DNA from: Octopus sinensis | Taxonomy: Eukaryota | Assembly: GCF_006345805.1 (NCBI RefSeq) | Contig: NW_021831287.1 | Location: 124,001 to 188,000, forward strand | Length of the DNA: 64,000 nucleotides | Direction of reading: 5' to 3' | Part shown: piece after piece, positions 11,101 to 22,499 of the stretch | How positions within the stretch are numbered: the first letter of the stretch is position 1 | Layout of the letters: each line of letters opens with the position of its first letter | Program-made: the position numbers and the translations under genes | The notes under the pieces: generated by a model | What the model was told of the DNA's origin: nothing | The model's input: the letters and a program-made list of their open reading frames with translations, nothing else | The model's database searches: none

Positions 11101-11469
11101 AAAATCTGCTTAGGAAATAATTCTCTCTTACAATAAGTTAAAGTGGGTCAAAAGCAAAGTGGTACAAAGAATAATTTCTGTTTTTAATAAAGTGACTAAG
11201 CAGCATTTAAAGTCGCGAGATCAATTGCAAAAGTGACTAAGCAAAACCTATATATTTGCATGTTTGCGCAAATATTTCATTTTTTCATTCGTTTGCCTGC
11301 ACAAATAAAAAAGTCTGAAGTTTCAATTAAAAAAATCTTATTATCGGGGCCTACGAGAGAGATGGTGACTGGAGGGAACTTACAAAATCTCTCGATGTTC
11401 CAAAAACTACTACCTATCGTTAGGTGAAAAAAAAGGATAAACCTGATCAGCAAAAAAATCAAAAGCAAA

Positions 11470-12230
11470 AAAATGTCTTGATCAACATAAAAATTATCGT
11501 TCTGAACAAATCGAACTTAACCCGAGGATTACTTATGTGACTTTGAAAATTCTTTTAAATTCTAATTTCAGTTTAAATGTGTCAAAAGAAACCATTCAAG
11601 TCCACTTAAACGGTTCCTGTTATTCTTTGAAAGATATCAGGTATGAACCAGAGGAAGGCAATAGTCAATTAAATAAAGAAAAAATTTTATTATTTCATTA
11701 TTGGAATATGAATCGGAGAAAATTCCAATATTATTTATGAATGAAACAAATCTCAACATGAACATATCCCGTAAAAAGGGTCGTTCAAACAAAGTAACAG
11801 TGGCTAGTGTCGTTTCAACAAGTTCGCGAGGTGCCAATGTACATTTCATTGGTTGTATCGGGTCTTTTGGATTGTTACATTATGAATTGAAACGTGGATC
11901 CTTTAATAAAGAATCTGTCCACGAATGGTTGAGAATTTGTCTACGAAAAGCCAGGGAAGCTTACAATTTCCCAGTAGTGTAGAGAATTGTTATTTATTAT
12001 AGATTTATGTATATAAAATTTTTTAAGGGGTCGATTAAATATTAGGGGGGTCAAAAAAATCAAGGGGTCGATGACTAAAAAAAGGTTGAGAACCCTTAGT
12101 GTAAACAATGCTCCATTACATTCAGAAATTGAAGAAATTGTCAAAAAAAAGGAATTCGTCAGAAATAAAATTTCAAGATTGGGTCCCTATAGCCCTATGA
12201 TCAACCCAATTGAAATATAAAGCTAGCATA
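11470..12230 (+). mobile_element. IS630/Tc1-like (DDE_3) transposase fragment, interrupted
   Basis: FMNETNLN...RGANVHFIGCIG...GSFN, then NAPLH and GPYSPMINPIE. Confidence 0.7.
11985..12098. mobile_element. Small hAT/Buster-like insertion relic (one terminal repeat left)
   Basis: Ends in aaaaggttgagaaccctta and is flanked by imperfect 8-bp repeats gtgTAgag / gtgTAaac. Confidence 0.4.
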
Positions 12231-13158
12231 AAAAGACATATCGCAACAGACATCAAAAATATTTTAAATGGTGTGGACAGGAAGTTTTATCAACAACTGA
12301 GTTTCAACTTCGAAAGTAGTAGAAACAATGAGTAACTCTTTTTTTATAATCACTCATCTTCATGCAACACCGTAAGTGCTAGAATTCAGAGGTTGGCCCC
12401 ATCGGTGTTAAATAATGATGAAATGGTTTATTACATAATTTTATTGTTCCACTTTGCTTTTGGTAAGACTCACTTTAAACCTGAAATAGTATAGATATTA
12501 ATGCACAGTTCAATAATGCGGCTAAAAATTAAAAAAACTAAGATATACTTTTTAATTCTATCAAATCCATACAATCAACAAGTTTTTCATCAAGTGGGAA
12601 CTTTGACTTTTTGACTGCATTTGTAAAATAGAATAGAATTGTTTTTATTACCCAAAAAATCAAAACTCAAAGAAAAAAAGGAAAATCGTTTAAGGAAAGA
12701 CAAAAACAAGGCACCGAAATGTCTCTTTTAGTGCGAACCCCAATTATAGTAATCAAACACAAGTTTTCTTGAGGACCATCCAGATTGTGGAATTGTTTAA
12801 TTTTCAGTAATTTTTTTTAAAATTCACTGGAAATTCACTGGAAATTTCCTTCAGAGAATTGTCAATTTCCACTAAAATTATAAAATTTCTTAAAATATTG
12901 AAGAATTGGCAAATTTTCTAGACAATTTATTGACCGAGTAATTATGACATGTTTTATTTTTTTAATTAACCATTAAGCCCACGGTAAAAACGGAACAAAC
13001 GTCACCCCGATGCAGTTGGACAAGGACCTCATCCTCGCTCGGTGATCTTTCCACGAGCCCACACGCTTTTGACAGGACATGTTTTATAAGAATAATAGTA
13101 TAAATTCAGTTGTATTAATATATTAATTACATTTTAAATAAAGATATAAAGTGTGGTT

Positions 13159-14697
13159 ATGTCCAGTGAGGCAATCAACGATGACTGGGAGAATAAGAGC
13201 TTTATTTCACGACATAAAAGATTATTTCGATACTCATTCATCCCCTTCCTATGTTTAAGCAGCTTCGGTAACATCAAAGACATAACTTTCAGGGAGTTAT
13301 TACTGCTTTGATATTCCCGGTGCTATTCAAGCAACAATAAAAAGTGATTTAAATATAAACTCAGCCACTTTTATGGGCTTCTACACATGGTATGCACTTC
13401 CCAACGTCCTCATGTGTTTTGTCGGCTCATTCCTCGTCGACCGCTACACTGGTCTCCCTCTCGGAGGAATTCTCTGCATACTTTTTCTGCTCCTGGGACA
13501 AGCCGTGTTTGCTTCGGGAGGATTTTCCCACGTGATTTGGGTCATGTATTTGGGAAGGGTCATTTTCGGGATTGGGGGAGAGACTCTTTCCAGTGTCCAA
13601 AACTCATATGCAGCACTCTGGTTTAAAGGTTCAGAACTCAACTTTGTCTTTGCTCTCCAACTAAGTTTTGCACGTGTGGTTAATTCCTTATATAATTCGC
13701 CCAGGGCAGCACTGCCTGTATGAAATCAATGTTTTATCTCTACAAACTAGCCCGTCATATCCAAGCGGGCTACCATCAGTTGGGCATAGCCTTGTACTTG
13801 GCTGTATTTGTTTGTGTCATTTCTTTACTTACTTCTGCCATTATGGCAGTCATGACTCGGACTGGGCAAAGGAAGGGAGGTTTATTTTCTGTATTTATAT
13901 GGCAGTGATTAAAACATGTACAAAGGATGTACAAATTGTCTGTTTGAGGGATGTTATTCACTTTGGGACTTCTTTTTGGCTAATAACTGGAATTATTTGT
14001 ACTTTTTATGTGGCGATACTCCCCTTTATAGGAATAGCACTGTTTTTTGTATTTTTTATGATTTAGATCATTATGTATGCTCAAATATGAACTGTCTTTG
14101 GACACTGCAACGACTGTGAATAGGTTTGGATTAATTTTTAGTTATTTTAGTCTTATTTATCTCGTTTCTGCATTTTCTTCGCCTTTTGTGGGGCTGAGTA
14201 TTGATAAAACTGGGAGGAATTTGATGTGGGTGATTTTGTCGATTATTTTGGGTATTTTGGGGACTTTTTTGATTGCTTTTACTTTTGTGTCTCCGTTTGT
14301 GCCTGTGGTTTGTCTGTTTTGTTTATTTTAGATAATTTTGGGTGTTAGCTATTCGTTTTTGGCTGCCTCACTGTGGCCTATTGTGGCCTATATTGTAAAA
14401 TTGTCACATTTAACGACTGCCTATGGAATGTAGTGGAATATTAAAAAAGTTTAGATTGCAGTCGATCCAAAATTTGGGATTGGCTGGAGCTTCTTATTTG
14501 GTTGGGATGATTGTCGATAAGTGGGGGTACTTTGCGATGGAATTGTTCTTCTTGGGTAATTTATATTGTGCTTTGTTGATTGCTGTGGCCTTGTTCTTTT
14601 TTAATGGAAGTAAGGGTGGTTGTTTGTGTTTGTAGAGAATGGAATACTTAATGCCAATGCCAGTCAAATAAAAGAATATTTGGATAATGATTACTAA
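13159..14697 (+). CDS. MFSD1: Major facilitator superfamily domain-containing protein 1 (lysosomal transporter), multi-exon
   Basis: FGSYYCFDIPGAIQ...FMGFYTWYALPNV...LGRVIFGIGGETLSSVQNSYAALWFKGSELNFVFALQLSFAR, with micro-introns. Confidence 0.9.
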
Positions 14698-14913
14698 TTT
14701 TTTTCTTTCCTTATAAATTAAAATGACTAATAATTAATACAGCACTGTCGTAAACAATAAGGTTCCACCTCGACATGAGTTTTTTTCCCACTCTTGTTTA
14801 AATAAAAATATTTTATTAAATTTTATTTAATTATTTTAAATTAAAATTGTAACTAGAAATAAAATACATCTAAATTATTTCCGTTGTGTGAAATTAAATC
14901 TTAGTTTATAAAA

Positions 14914-15723
14914 ATGTGTTCTAATGGGAAAGAAATAGACAAATTCGAACAAATATTTTTAAACAAAATAAAAACAATTTCCGAAGGAATTTCTCAAATC
15001 TCTGAAAGTGAGGATCACCTCGATCAACTCTCAAATGAAATTGACGAATTAATAAAATACACCACAAATTCCCTCCATTTTATTCCCGCCTTTACAATTC
15101 GAAAAAGATTGACAGAAATCAAAGCACTTCAAAACAAACTCGAAATTATTCGCCAAAAACGTCTCAGCCATAAAAAATTTAATTTTAAATCGACACTCAA
15201 TACCAAAAAATCGCCAAAAAATATTCAAAAAACGTCAAAAATTTTAGTCGAGGAATCATTTGGTTTTCATTCCCGCCAAAATGAGACCCTTACTTTATTC
15301 AGAGACGAACTTGTGAATAAAAATATAGTTCTGAAAAATTTAAAAAACTGCCACGTTTATTTGTTTGGACCAATGGCGGGAATTCAATTAATTGATTTGG
15401 AGAGCACAAGAGTACACAGCGGGCCAGTCTCCTCGTCAGTGTTGGCTCAAAATTGTCGAGAATGTCATTTTTATGTGGCTTGTTTACAACTGAGGATATC
15501 TTTTAGCAGAGACTGCAGATTTAATAGTCACGTGGGTAATCGAGCAGTGTTGGAGAATTCGTCGGGGATTGGATTTGGGGACTACTCTTATGAGTATGAG
15601 GGAGTTGAGGAGGATTTCGAGTTTGTTGGCTTGAGAAAAGGGGAGAGTAAATATGCAGGTGTAGATGACTTTAATTGGCTCAATCAACAAGAAAAATCAC
15701 CGAATTATTACTTTTTTGAATAA
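14914..15723 (+). CDS. TBCC: Tubulin-specific chaperone C, intronless
   Basis: N-terminal coiled region with KKFNFK, then a C-CAP/TBCC domain (LKNCHVYL, GPVSSSVL, ACLQLRI, VDDFNWL...SPN). Confidence 0.9.
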   Translation: MCSNGKEIDKFEQIFLNKIKTISEGISQISESEDHLDQLSNEIDELIKYTTNSLHFIPAFTIRKRLTEIKALQNKLEIIRQKRLSHKKFNFKSTLNTKKSPKNIQKTSKILVEESFGFHSRQNETLTLFRDELVNKNIVLKNLKNCHVYLFGPMAGIQLIDLESTRVHSGPVSSSVLAQNCRECHFYVACLQLRISFSRDCRFNSHVGNRAVLENSSGIGFGDYSYEYEGVEEDFEFVGLRKGESKYAGVDDFNWLNQQEKSPNYYFFE

Positions 15724-16399
15724 TCTTTTTGTACTTTCAAGTTTTCATTTCACTTTTGTATGAAGGATCATTCCAATTAAGAAAAATTTTGCAAAAATAG
15801 TTTTTAAGTAGCTTTATTTAATAGGTTAGATTGAGTTTATATGTTTTTTGTGTTTTCAGTGTGATTTATATTAGGGGGATTTGTCTCCTCTCTGGGGGCA
15901 CTAAAAGATGAATCAAGAGTTTTCCTAACATGATTATATTTGTGTAGATACGTTCTAACAAAGATATAGTGATAAGTATTTGAATGGGTTTGTTGAAAGT
16001 TTAGAAAAGACTGAAAAAAGTTGTAAAAATTTTAACTTTTTCTAAATATAATGGGCCTTAGGTTTTAAAACTTTTATTTGTGAATAGTTAGCATTCTACC
16101 ATCAGGCCTATAGTTTGAAAATTTTGTTTTTAAGGATCGAAATATTTCCTTGAACTGGCATTCCATAATTGAAATAGATCAAACAAAACTTATATTTAAT
16201 CACTGAGCAGCATATAGTTGTTGTAATAATCTGCGGTCTACGGCGGTCTCGAATTTTTGTAATGTTAGTTACAACTAATTGAATATCATTTCTATTGGCA
16301 ATTTACTCTCTTTAATAACTCACAAAATAAAGTACAGAGTGCGTACTCCAAACGAAAAAACGTAATGAAATTATAATTTATTTAAATTATTAGGATAAC

Positions 16400-16513
16400 A
16401 TTAGCTGAGAGAAAACGGGTAATCGTGTCCGATCCGTTCGAGGAGGCACAAATGGGCCGCTGACTCGAGACCAGTCTTCACGATTTCCTGAGTGCCTTGT
16501 GTCTGTGAACATA
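16400..16513 (-). mobile_element. CRE relic split by the Tc1 insertion (continues at about 17975-18000)
   Basis: QEIVKTGLESAAHLCLLERIG resembles the CRE motif [21 protein letters not shown]. Confidence 0.45.
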
Positions 16514-17974
16514 CACTAGGTGCAAAAAAAAACCGTTTTTTTAAATACGGCATATTTTGCAGAGATAACCGTGATTTTTCTTTGTCGATATCGAAAGGAA
16601 TCATTAAATTAACCCTAAATCAATTTTGTTATATTTTTTTTGTATTGTGTTATATGTCTAAATTAAAAATTTTAATTACACGAGCGCAATAAAAAACCGT
16701 TTATTCTGGTGAGTGTGACATTTTTTACTTTTTTTAGAATTTTACCCCTCGATAAAATTACGAATGCTTGATGTAATAACAAAAGGAAAGATTCTAAGCT
16801 TGAATGCGTTAAATTGGACCACTAAAAAATATCTGACGAGCTTAATATCCCGCGATCAACTATCGCTGACTTCATCCGAAAATTCATTAAATATGGTACG
16901 ACTGAAAGAATGAAAGGTTCGGGGAGACCAAAAATTCTTAATAAAAACGATATCCTTATTTTACTCAACCTGGTTAAAGAGGACCCCCAAAAAAAGCTGA
17001 TTGCTTAAGGAATGATCTCCGTAAAATAACCGGAAGAACAGTCGGTAAAAGATCCATCGCAATTATTTAAGAAGGGAGCAAATATATGCTCGTGTATGTA
17101 GAAAAAAACCATTATTGAACAAAATAAATAGTGAAAAACGCTATAACATGGCAAGGCATTTCATTACTGTGCCAAACACTGAATGGATGAGGACAATTTT
17201 CAGTGACGAATGCAGTTTCGAAGTTTTTAATATTAAAACACGGCAATATTGTTATCGGAAAAACATACAGGCCTTCAAAAATCAACCTTTCGCCTACTGT
17301 AAAATTTGGTGGGGGGAAAGTTATGGTCTGGGGCTGTTTTTCCTATTACGGAATGGGCTCGCTTGCTTTTATACACGGGAATATGAATTCCGCACTTTAT
17401 ATCAACACACTATGTAACCATTTATGGGAATCTGCAAAAAAATGGAGCTTAGTGACTTTATTTTCCACAAGACATGGCACCATGTCATACTTCCAAGATG
17501 ACTATGCGATTTTTTCAAGAAAAGAAAGTAAACCTTTTACCATGGGCACCTCAATCACCGGATTTAAATCCGATCGAACATATATGGGCTCATATGAAGA
17601 GGGAATTAAACACCTTTCATCCAAAGAATGTTTCGGAATTGAAAGAAAAAATCGAAAATATTTGGAACGAAATACCGATTAGTTTTATAAAAAAAATTAA
17701 TCGAAAGCATGCTGAATAGAGCACAAAAGCTTTTTAAGGCAAAAGGGGACCATATTGAAAACTAACTTTGAATAATCAAAAATAAAACGGTTTTTTATTG
17801 CGTTTGATTTTTTGTTAGTTATAATTTGTTAAGTAAAAATGATTACAAGTTCAAATATAAAAATAAAACTAGTGTTAAAAAATGATAAATTATTCAATTC
17901 TTTAATAAAAACAATATAGTTGCATAGTAAATTTTTGATATTTCGAAAAAACGGTTTTTTTTTTGCACCTAGTG
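16514..17974 (+). mobile_element. Full-length Tc1-family DNA transposon (1461 bp), IR/DR-type ends, frameshifted transposase
   Basis: Terminal inverted repeats cactaggtgcaaaaaaaaaccgtttttt flanked by TA; inner repeats gcaataaaaaaccgttt near 16685 and 17790; GSGRPK, RKKPLL, FSDEC, VMVWGCFS and SPDLNPIEHIW. Confidence 0.9.
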
Positions 17975-18099
17975 TACGTCCAACCCGAGTCGGTAATGAC
18001 TTTTTTTTGATATTCATTTCTTTGTGTGTACATTAAATTAACAAAAATAAGTCTATGATTAGAATACAAAGAATCTCGAACTCTGAAGAAACCTGAACT

Positions 18100-18460
18100 G
18101 TTCACTCACTTGTGTCAAACCCCGCAAATGGGGAATCAGGCACCCTCTGTAATGGCCATTTTCATCTGAGCTGTGTATCTTAGGCGACTGCAAGTGCTTT
18201 AGGCGCATAGCACTGTGCCTCTTCAATTCGTAGGGCATTGGGTCTAATCAGCGACCCGCTAGTGCTACTACCTTCTGCTAAAATCTCTCGACTGAGGAAT
18301 TTATCCCTGTCCTCCTTCCGTGGCACAAGAGAGATCCCCCTTCCCAAACAAACACGTTTGATGGCTGCTTCCTGGCTCAAAAAAATAATCTCGGAACCAC
18401 TCTCTTACGACAACGACCTCCCCTGGTTCGTATCTTCCTCTTTACTGAATTTTATATTGT
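18100..18460 (+). mobile_element. CRE-like retrotransposon 5'-region fragment
   Basis: GC-rich island encoding IPLPKQTRLMAASWLKKIISE...NDLPWF, similar to the pre-RT region of CRE ORFs. Confidence 0.4.
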
Positions 18461-18510
18461 GAATAAAATTGGCAATTTATTAATAAATTGTATACGCACG
18501 CGGGTAAGAC

Positions 18511-19347
18511 ATGCTATTAAAAAAATTAAAAATTCAAATTTATGCGGATGTGGGTGCTTCTGTTAACTCTACAAAAGCAATCTACTCGAGTCTCATTAAT
18601 CTCAAAATGGACAAACTCTACGACATAACCTACATCCTGGGCCCTCAACTCAAATCTGGTCCATCAATTGCCTTATTAAAGGATCGTGGGTGGAGGATAC
18701 CTCCCTTATCATCTTCCCAGGGGGATTTGATCGTGGATTTGTCTCCACCCTGGACACTAATGGATGCCAAATAATCTCCAAATATGTTCAAAATGGAGGA
18801 TCTTACCTCGGCATTTGTGCAGGCGGGTATTTCGGGGCTTCAAAAATTGAATTTGACAAAAATGGACCTCTCGAAATATGTGAGGACAGATTTTTGCACT
18901 TTTTCCCAGGTTTCCCGCCAATTCTTGATTTTAGGAACTTGTGTCGGGCCAACTTACAAGGAATTTAATTATAATAACAATAAAGGCGCGAAAATAGTCG
19001 CCTATAAATATATTTCAACAACAAACCCCCCAATTGAGGCAAGTGCTTATTATAATGGAGGAGGCAGCTTTATTTGCCCAGAAAATAGCTGTTTTTGGAA
19101 TCCAATTGGATTTTACTGTGAGGGAAGTGACTTGGGGGATATCAGAGGGTCGTTGGTGTCGACTGTGGAGTGTAGAGTTGGGCTTGGTCAGGTTATACTG
19201 ACTGGACTTCACCATGAGTATGGATTTGGACAAAATGAAGGCACACTCTTTGACGAAAATAAAGGTTTTGAGCGTCAACTCGAAAGGGAATATTCTACCA
19301 ATTTGAGTGTTATTTCTGATATGTTGAAAAGACTTAAATTATACTAG
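18511..19347 (+). CDS. Stand-alone biotin-protein-ligase N-terminal (BPL_N, class I glutamine amidotransferase-like) protein; 3 exons, introns of 23 and 25 nt
   Basis: IQIYADVG, IIFPGGFD, YVQNGGSYLGICAGGYFG, LHFFPG, AYYNGGGSF and VILTGLHHE; no catalytic ligase domain follows. Confidence 0.85.
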
Positions 19348-19502
19348 AATTATGTCATTTTTAATATATTTTTGAGTTTTATTTATGTGCTTGGGGGTCA
19401 ATCCACGTCACTCAATGTTAAAACATTTTATTAGTTGTGGTTAATTAGTGATTTGGATTAATTATTTTAGTTTATATTTTAACTATGTTAATTTAAATCT
19501 AT

Positions 19503-20442
19503 TCATATTCCGTTATCTCCATAAACAGGTTCCTCATAATTATTGTTTTCATAAAAAGGTTCATTTTCATATGTAGATTCTTCTTCATAGGGGGATTCCT
19601 CTTCATAGACAGGTCCTTCTTCATAATTGGATTCCTCCTCATAGGCAGGTTGTCCGTATTCTTGCTGGGGAGGAAAAGTTTTGGGCAATAACTTAGACAG
19701 GATCAATTCTTTGACTATTTCCATTGCTGCTTGTCCGAAAATTTCAGCACCAGACGACAATCCTTCAATCAAATTTGATTCTTTATTTTCTGCTGATTCT
19801 ACCTCTTCTGGTTTGTCTTTTTCTTGTTTACTAATTGCTGACGTGTCTAAAGGCTCCTCTGGTTTGTCCATAGGAATCGGGGACTTGTTTATCGGCTCTT
19901 TTGGTTTAGGAATAGGAATCGGGGACTCTTTTATTGGCTCTTTTGGTATGGGAATAGGAATCGGGAACTTTTTTATCGGCTGCCTTGGTATGGGAATAGG
20001 AACTGGGGATTTGTTTATTGGCTTCTTTGGTTTGTTTATTATGTTTTTGTGTCTGGCTATGGGGGTTCGAGGCTTTGGAAGGTTCCTTGGTTTAGTTATG
20101 GGGATGCGAGGTTTCTTCAAAGTTTTTGGTTTCCTTGCTATTTTGGGTCTACTTGGCCTGCTCTTTCTTATCAATTTTCTTGGACTTTTTCTTGATGATT
20201 TTCTTCGTCTAGGATTTGATTTCTTTCGTGAAGATTTTGAACGAAACTACGTTGATATACACACTGATTACTCTTTTTTCGATCTCACTTTCTTCATCCT
20301 CTTCAGAAATATCCTCGTCGTGTTGTTCCATGTCCTCAATTTGATTTTCTTCTTCATTTTCAAGCTCATTGTCTTCTTTAACCCGAGAATTGTCCACAAT
20401 TGTAACTCCAAAGAAAAGTAATAAGAAACAAATAAACATCAT
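19503..20442 (-). CDS. Orphan secreted low-complexity protein (acidic, then basic Lys/Arg/Pro, then PIPIP, then YEEE repeats); 2 exons
   Basis: Signal-like MMFICFLLLFFGVTIV; a 25-nt phase-0 intron (gtaatcagtgtgtatatcaacgtag) joins ORF 20209..20568 in frame to ORF 19503..20174. Confidence 0.75.
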
Positions 20443-21809
20443 TTTATAAGTATAGACTGAATCTGAATATTTAAAGTACAAGTTGCAGCAGAATGGATTA
20501 ATTATGATCAGTGACAGTTCCGAAGTAATTATCTTATCATCAGCTGTTCTAGTTTTGTGTACAAACATTCAAATTGGTGTAAACATTCCACTTGTGTACT
20601 CTTAAATAAACAAATTGACATGCCAGTTTTATCACATATAAACAAGTGTTTATGCCTGCATGACTTTTTGATTTGTTGTCTTGTTGTTTGAATAAAAATT
20701 AGAAACAAAACAAGTGTATATGAATATCAATAGTACAGTACTGCTATTATATGAAAATTGTGTTAGCTGCAAATTAATAAGGGCACTAAAAGGCATAACT
20801 TTTTTTTGATGAGTCTTTTATATGATTCACATTGTAACCAATATTAATCATATTTTTAGTCTTCAAGTCAATTTTAGTAGAGTTTAGATTAGTCATTTCT
20901 GATAACAATTTCTCTAGATATAGTTTATTTATGATGGAGAAGAAAACTAGTCACTGTTGATTTACTTGAATAAGACGACTTTATGAAAAATGGTAAATCA
21001 CTATAAAAAATGATACAATCATTCAACACATAAAATTAGAATTTAAGTTCTATTTGAATCGATGCTTTTGATAGTCTTGTAAGTTTTTCTTTATTCTATA
21101 AATATCACTGCGACTCAATTGTTTTCGAAGGAGTCGAATTTGAGAACAATCACAGAATAGGCCAACCCTGTGAGATATATGAGTGTGCTCATCAAAAAAA
21201 TTAGCTCTGGCTCGAGAGGAAAAGAATTAACTAATAGCGGAAGCATTAATTAAAAACTAAGTATTGATATAACCATTCTAAAACTGTTTTATTTTGTGAG
21301 ATAAATATTTATTAGCATATCGCAAATAAATTATAGGTTTTTTGGTGTGAATTAGAGAATACAATGTCTGAGGTACAAATAAATAAAAATTATTTTAGGA
21401 TAAATTGTCGTAACATTTGCGGATAAACTTTTTTCCTTTTATTCCATTTAAAAACAGTTAAAGAATTTTTAGCCAAATTTTTGATTTGAATACAGAGCTG
21501 AAGACTAATTGTTCAATGAATAAAAATCAAGTTTTTTTTATTATTTTTTAACTATTACAATCATTATGATTCTCAGAACTAGTCAAATAAATGACGATGT
21601 AACAAAGGAGATTATGACACCCCCTAACAGTTTTTTAATAAAAAGTTTTATCAATTTAGTGTGGTAGTGTTAATCAATTTGTAATTATGAGAACATATGT
21701 TGAGAATAATTATATAATACTATCAATTAAAAATATTTTTTGTAAAATTACCTATTTTAAATGCTGAGAAAATTAAAATAAAAATTTTCAAAAGCTATCC
21801 CTTCAACAG

Positions 21810-22200
21810 GAATTAATAATCGTGCTTTGTCTCTCGCATGGTTTTCCGCAAAAATAGTGTCTGGATATACGTCTTTACTTTGTTCTCTACTCCGAGCGCC
21901 TCCAAATGATTCTTGGAGAATTTTGACACAATTCCGTCACAAGTCATAACGACAGGGACTTTTAATTTTACCCGGTGGATTAGCTCCATTTGCTAGAAAG
22001 TCATATTTATGGAACTTTTTCACTTCTATCAGCTTGAGACAATTTTTTGAAGTTATCCCAACCTCGATAAGTGTAATCGTGTTGCTTGATTTATCGTCGA
22101 CAAAATGTCGAATTTTTTATTCGGGATAGTATTATTCGTCAGGAGCTTTGGATCAATTCGGATTTCCACAAATCTGACTGGGTTCTTAATTTATCGACTT
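21810..22200 (-). mobile_element. R2/NeSL-like retrotransposon restriction-like-endonuclease fragment
   Basis: FVDDKSSNTITLIEVGITSKNCLKLIEVKKFHKYDFLAN, a frameshift, then VPVVMTCDGIVSKFSKNHLEALG...YIQTLFLRKT. Confidence 0.75.
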
Positions 22201-22499
22201 TTATCTCACATTGACTGCAGATGAAAGCATTTTTCCACTTCGTTATGGTGTCAATTTCTTACAGACGTTTATTTTAAAAACATAATATTCATTAAGTGCT
22301 TCGGGACATACAATAAATAATGAATGTTCTAAAATATTAATTATATTCATCGTGTATTTGATGTTATGATTCACAATTTCAGTATCACACCCATCATATG
22401 AGTTATTTTCAGTTCCATCCAATGCTATTTGCACTAAATCTGAAATATGAGTCTCCAAAAGTTAAGCTTGAATGTTTTGATTAATTTCGAAATCATTAA

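Noticed and set aside
12415-12484. Possible C/D box snoRNA (ATGATGA...CTGA, 70 nt)
   Set aside because: No terminal stem and no rRNA complementarity that I can recognise; such boxes arise by chance in AT-rich DNA.
18511-19347. Bacterial contamination as the source of the BPL_N gene
   Set aside because: It has two host-type micro-introns and host-like composition.
19681-20421. 246-aa hydrophobic Gly/Ile/Phe-rich ORF on the + strand
   Set aside because: It is the antisense of the Pro/Lys-rich gene; the codon bias of that gene explains the lack of stops.
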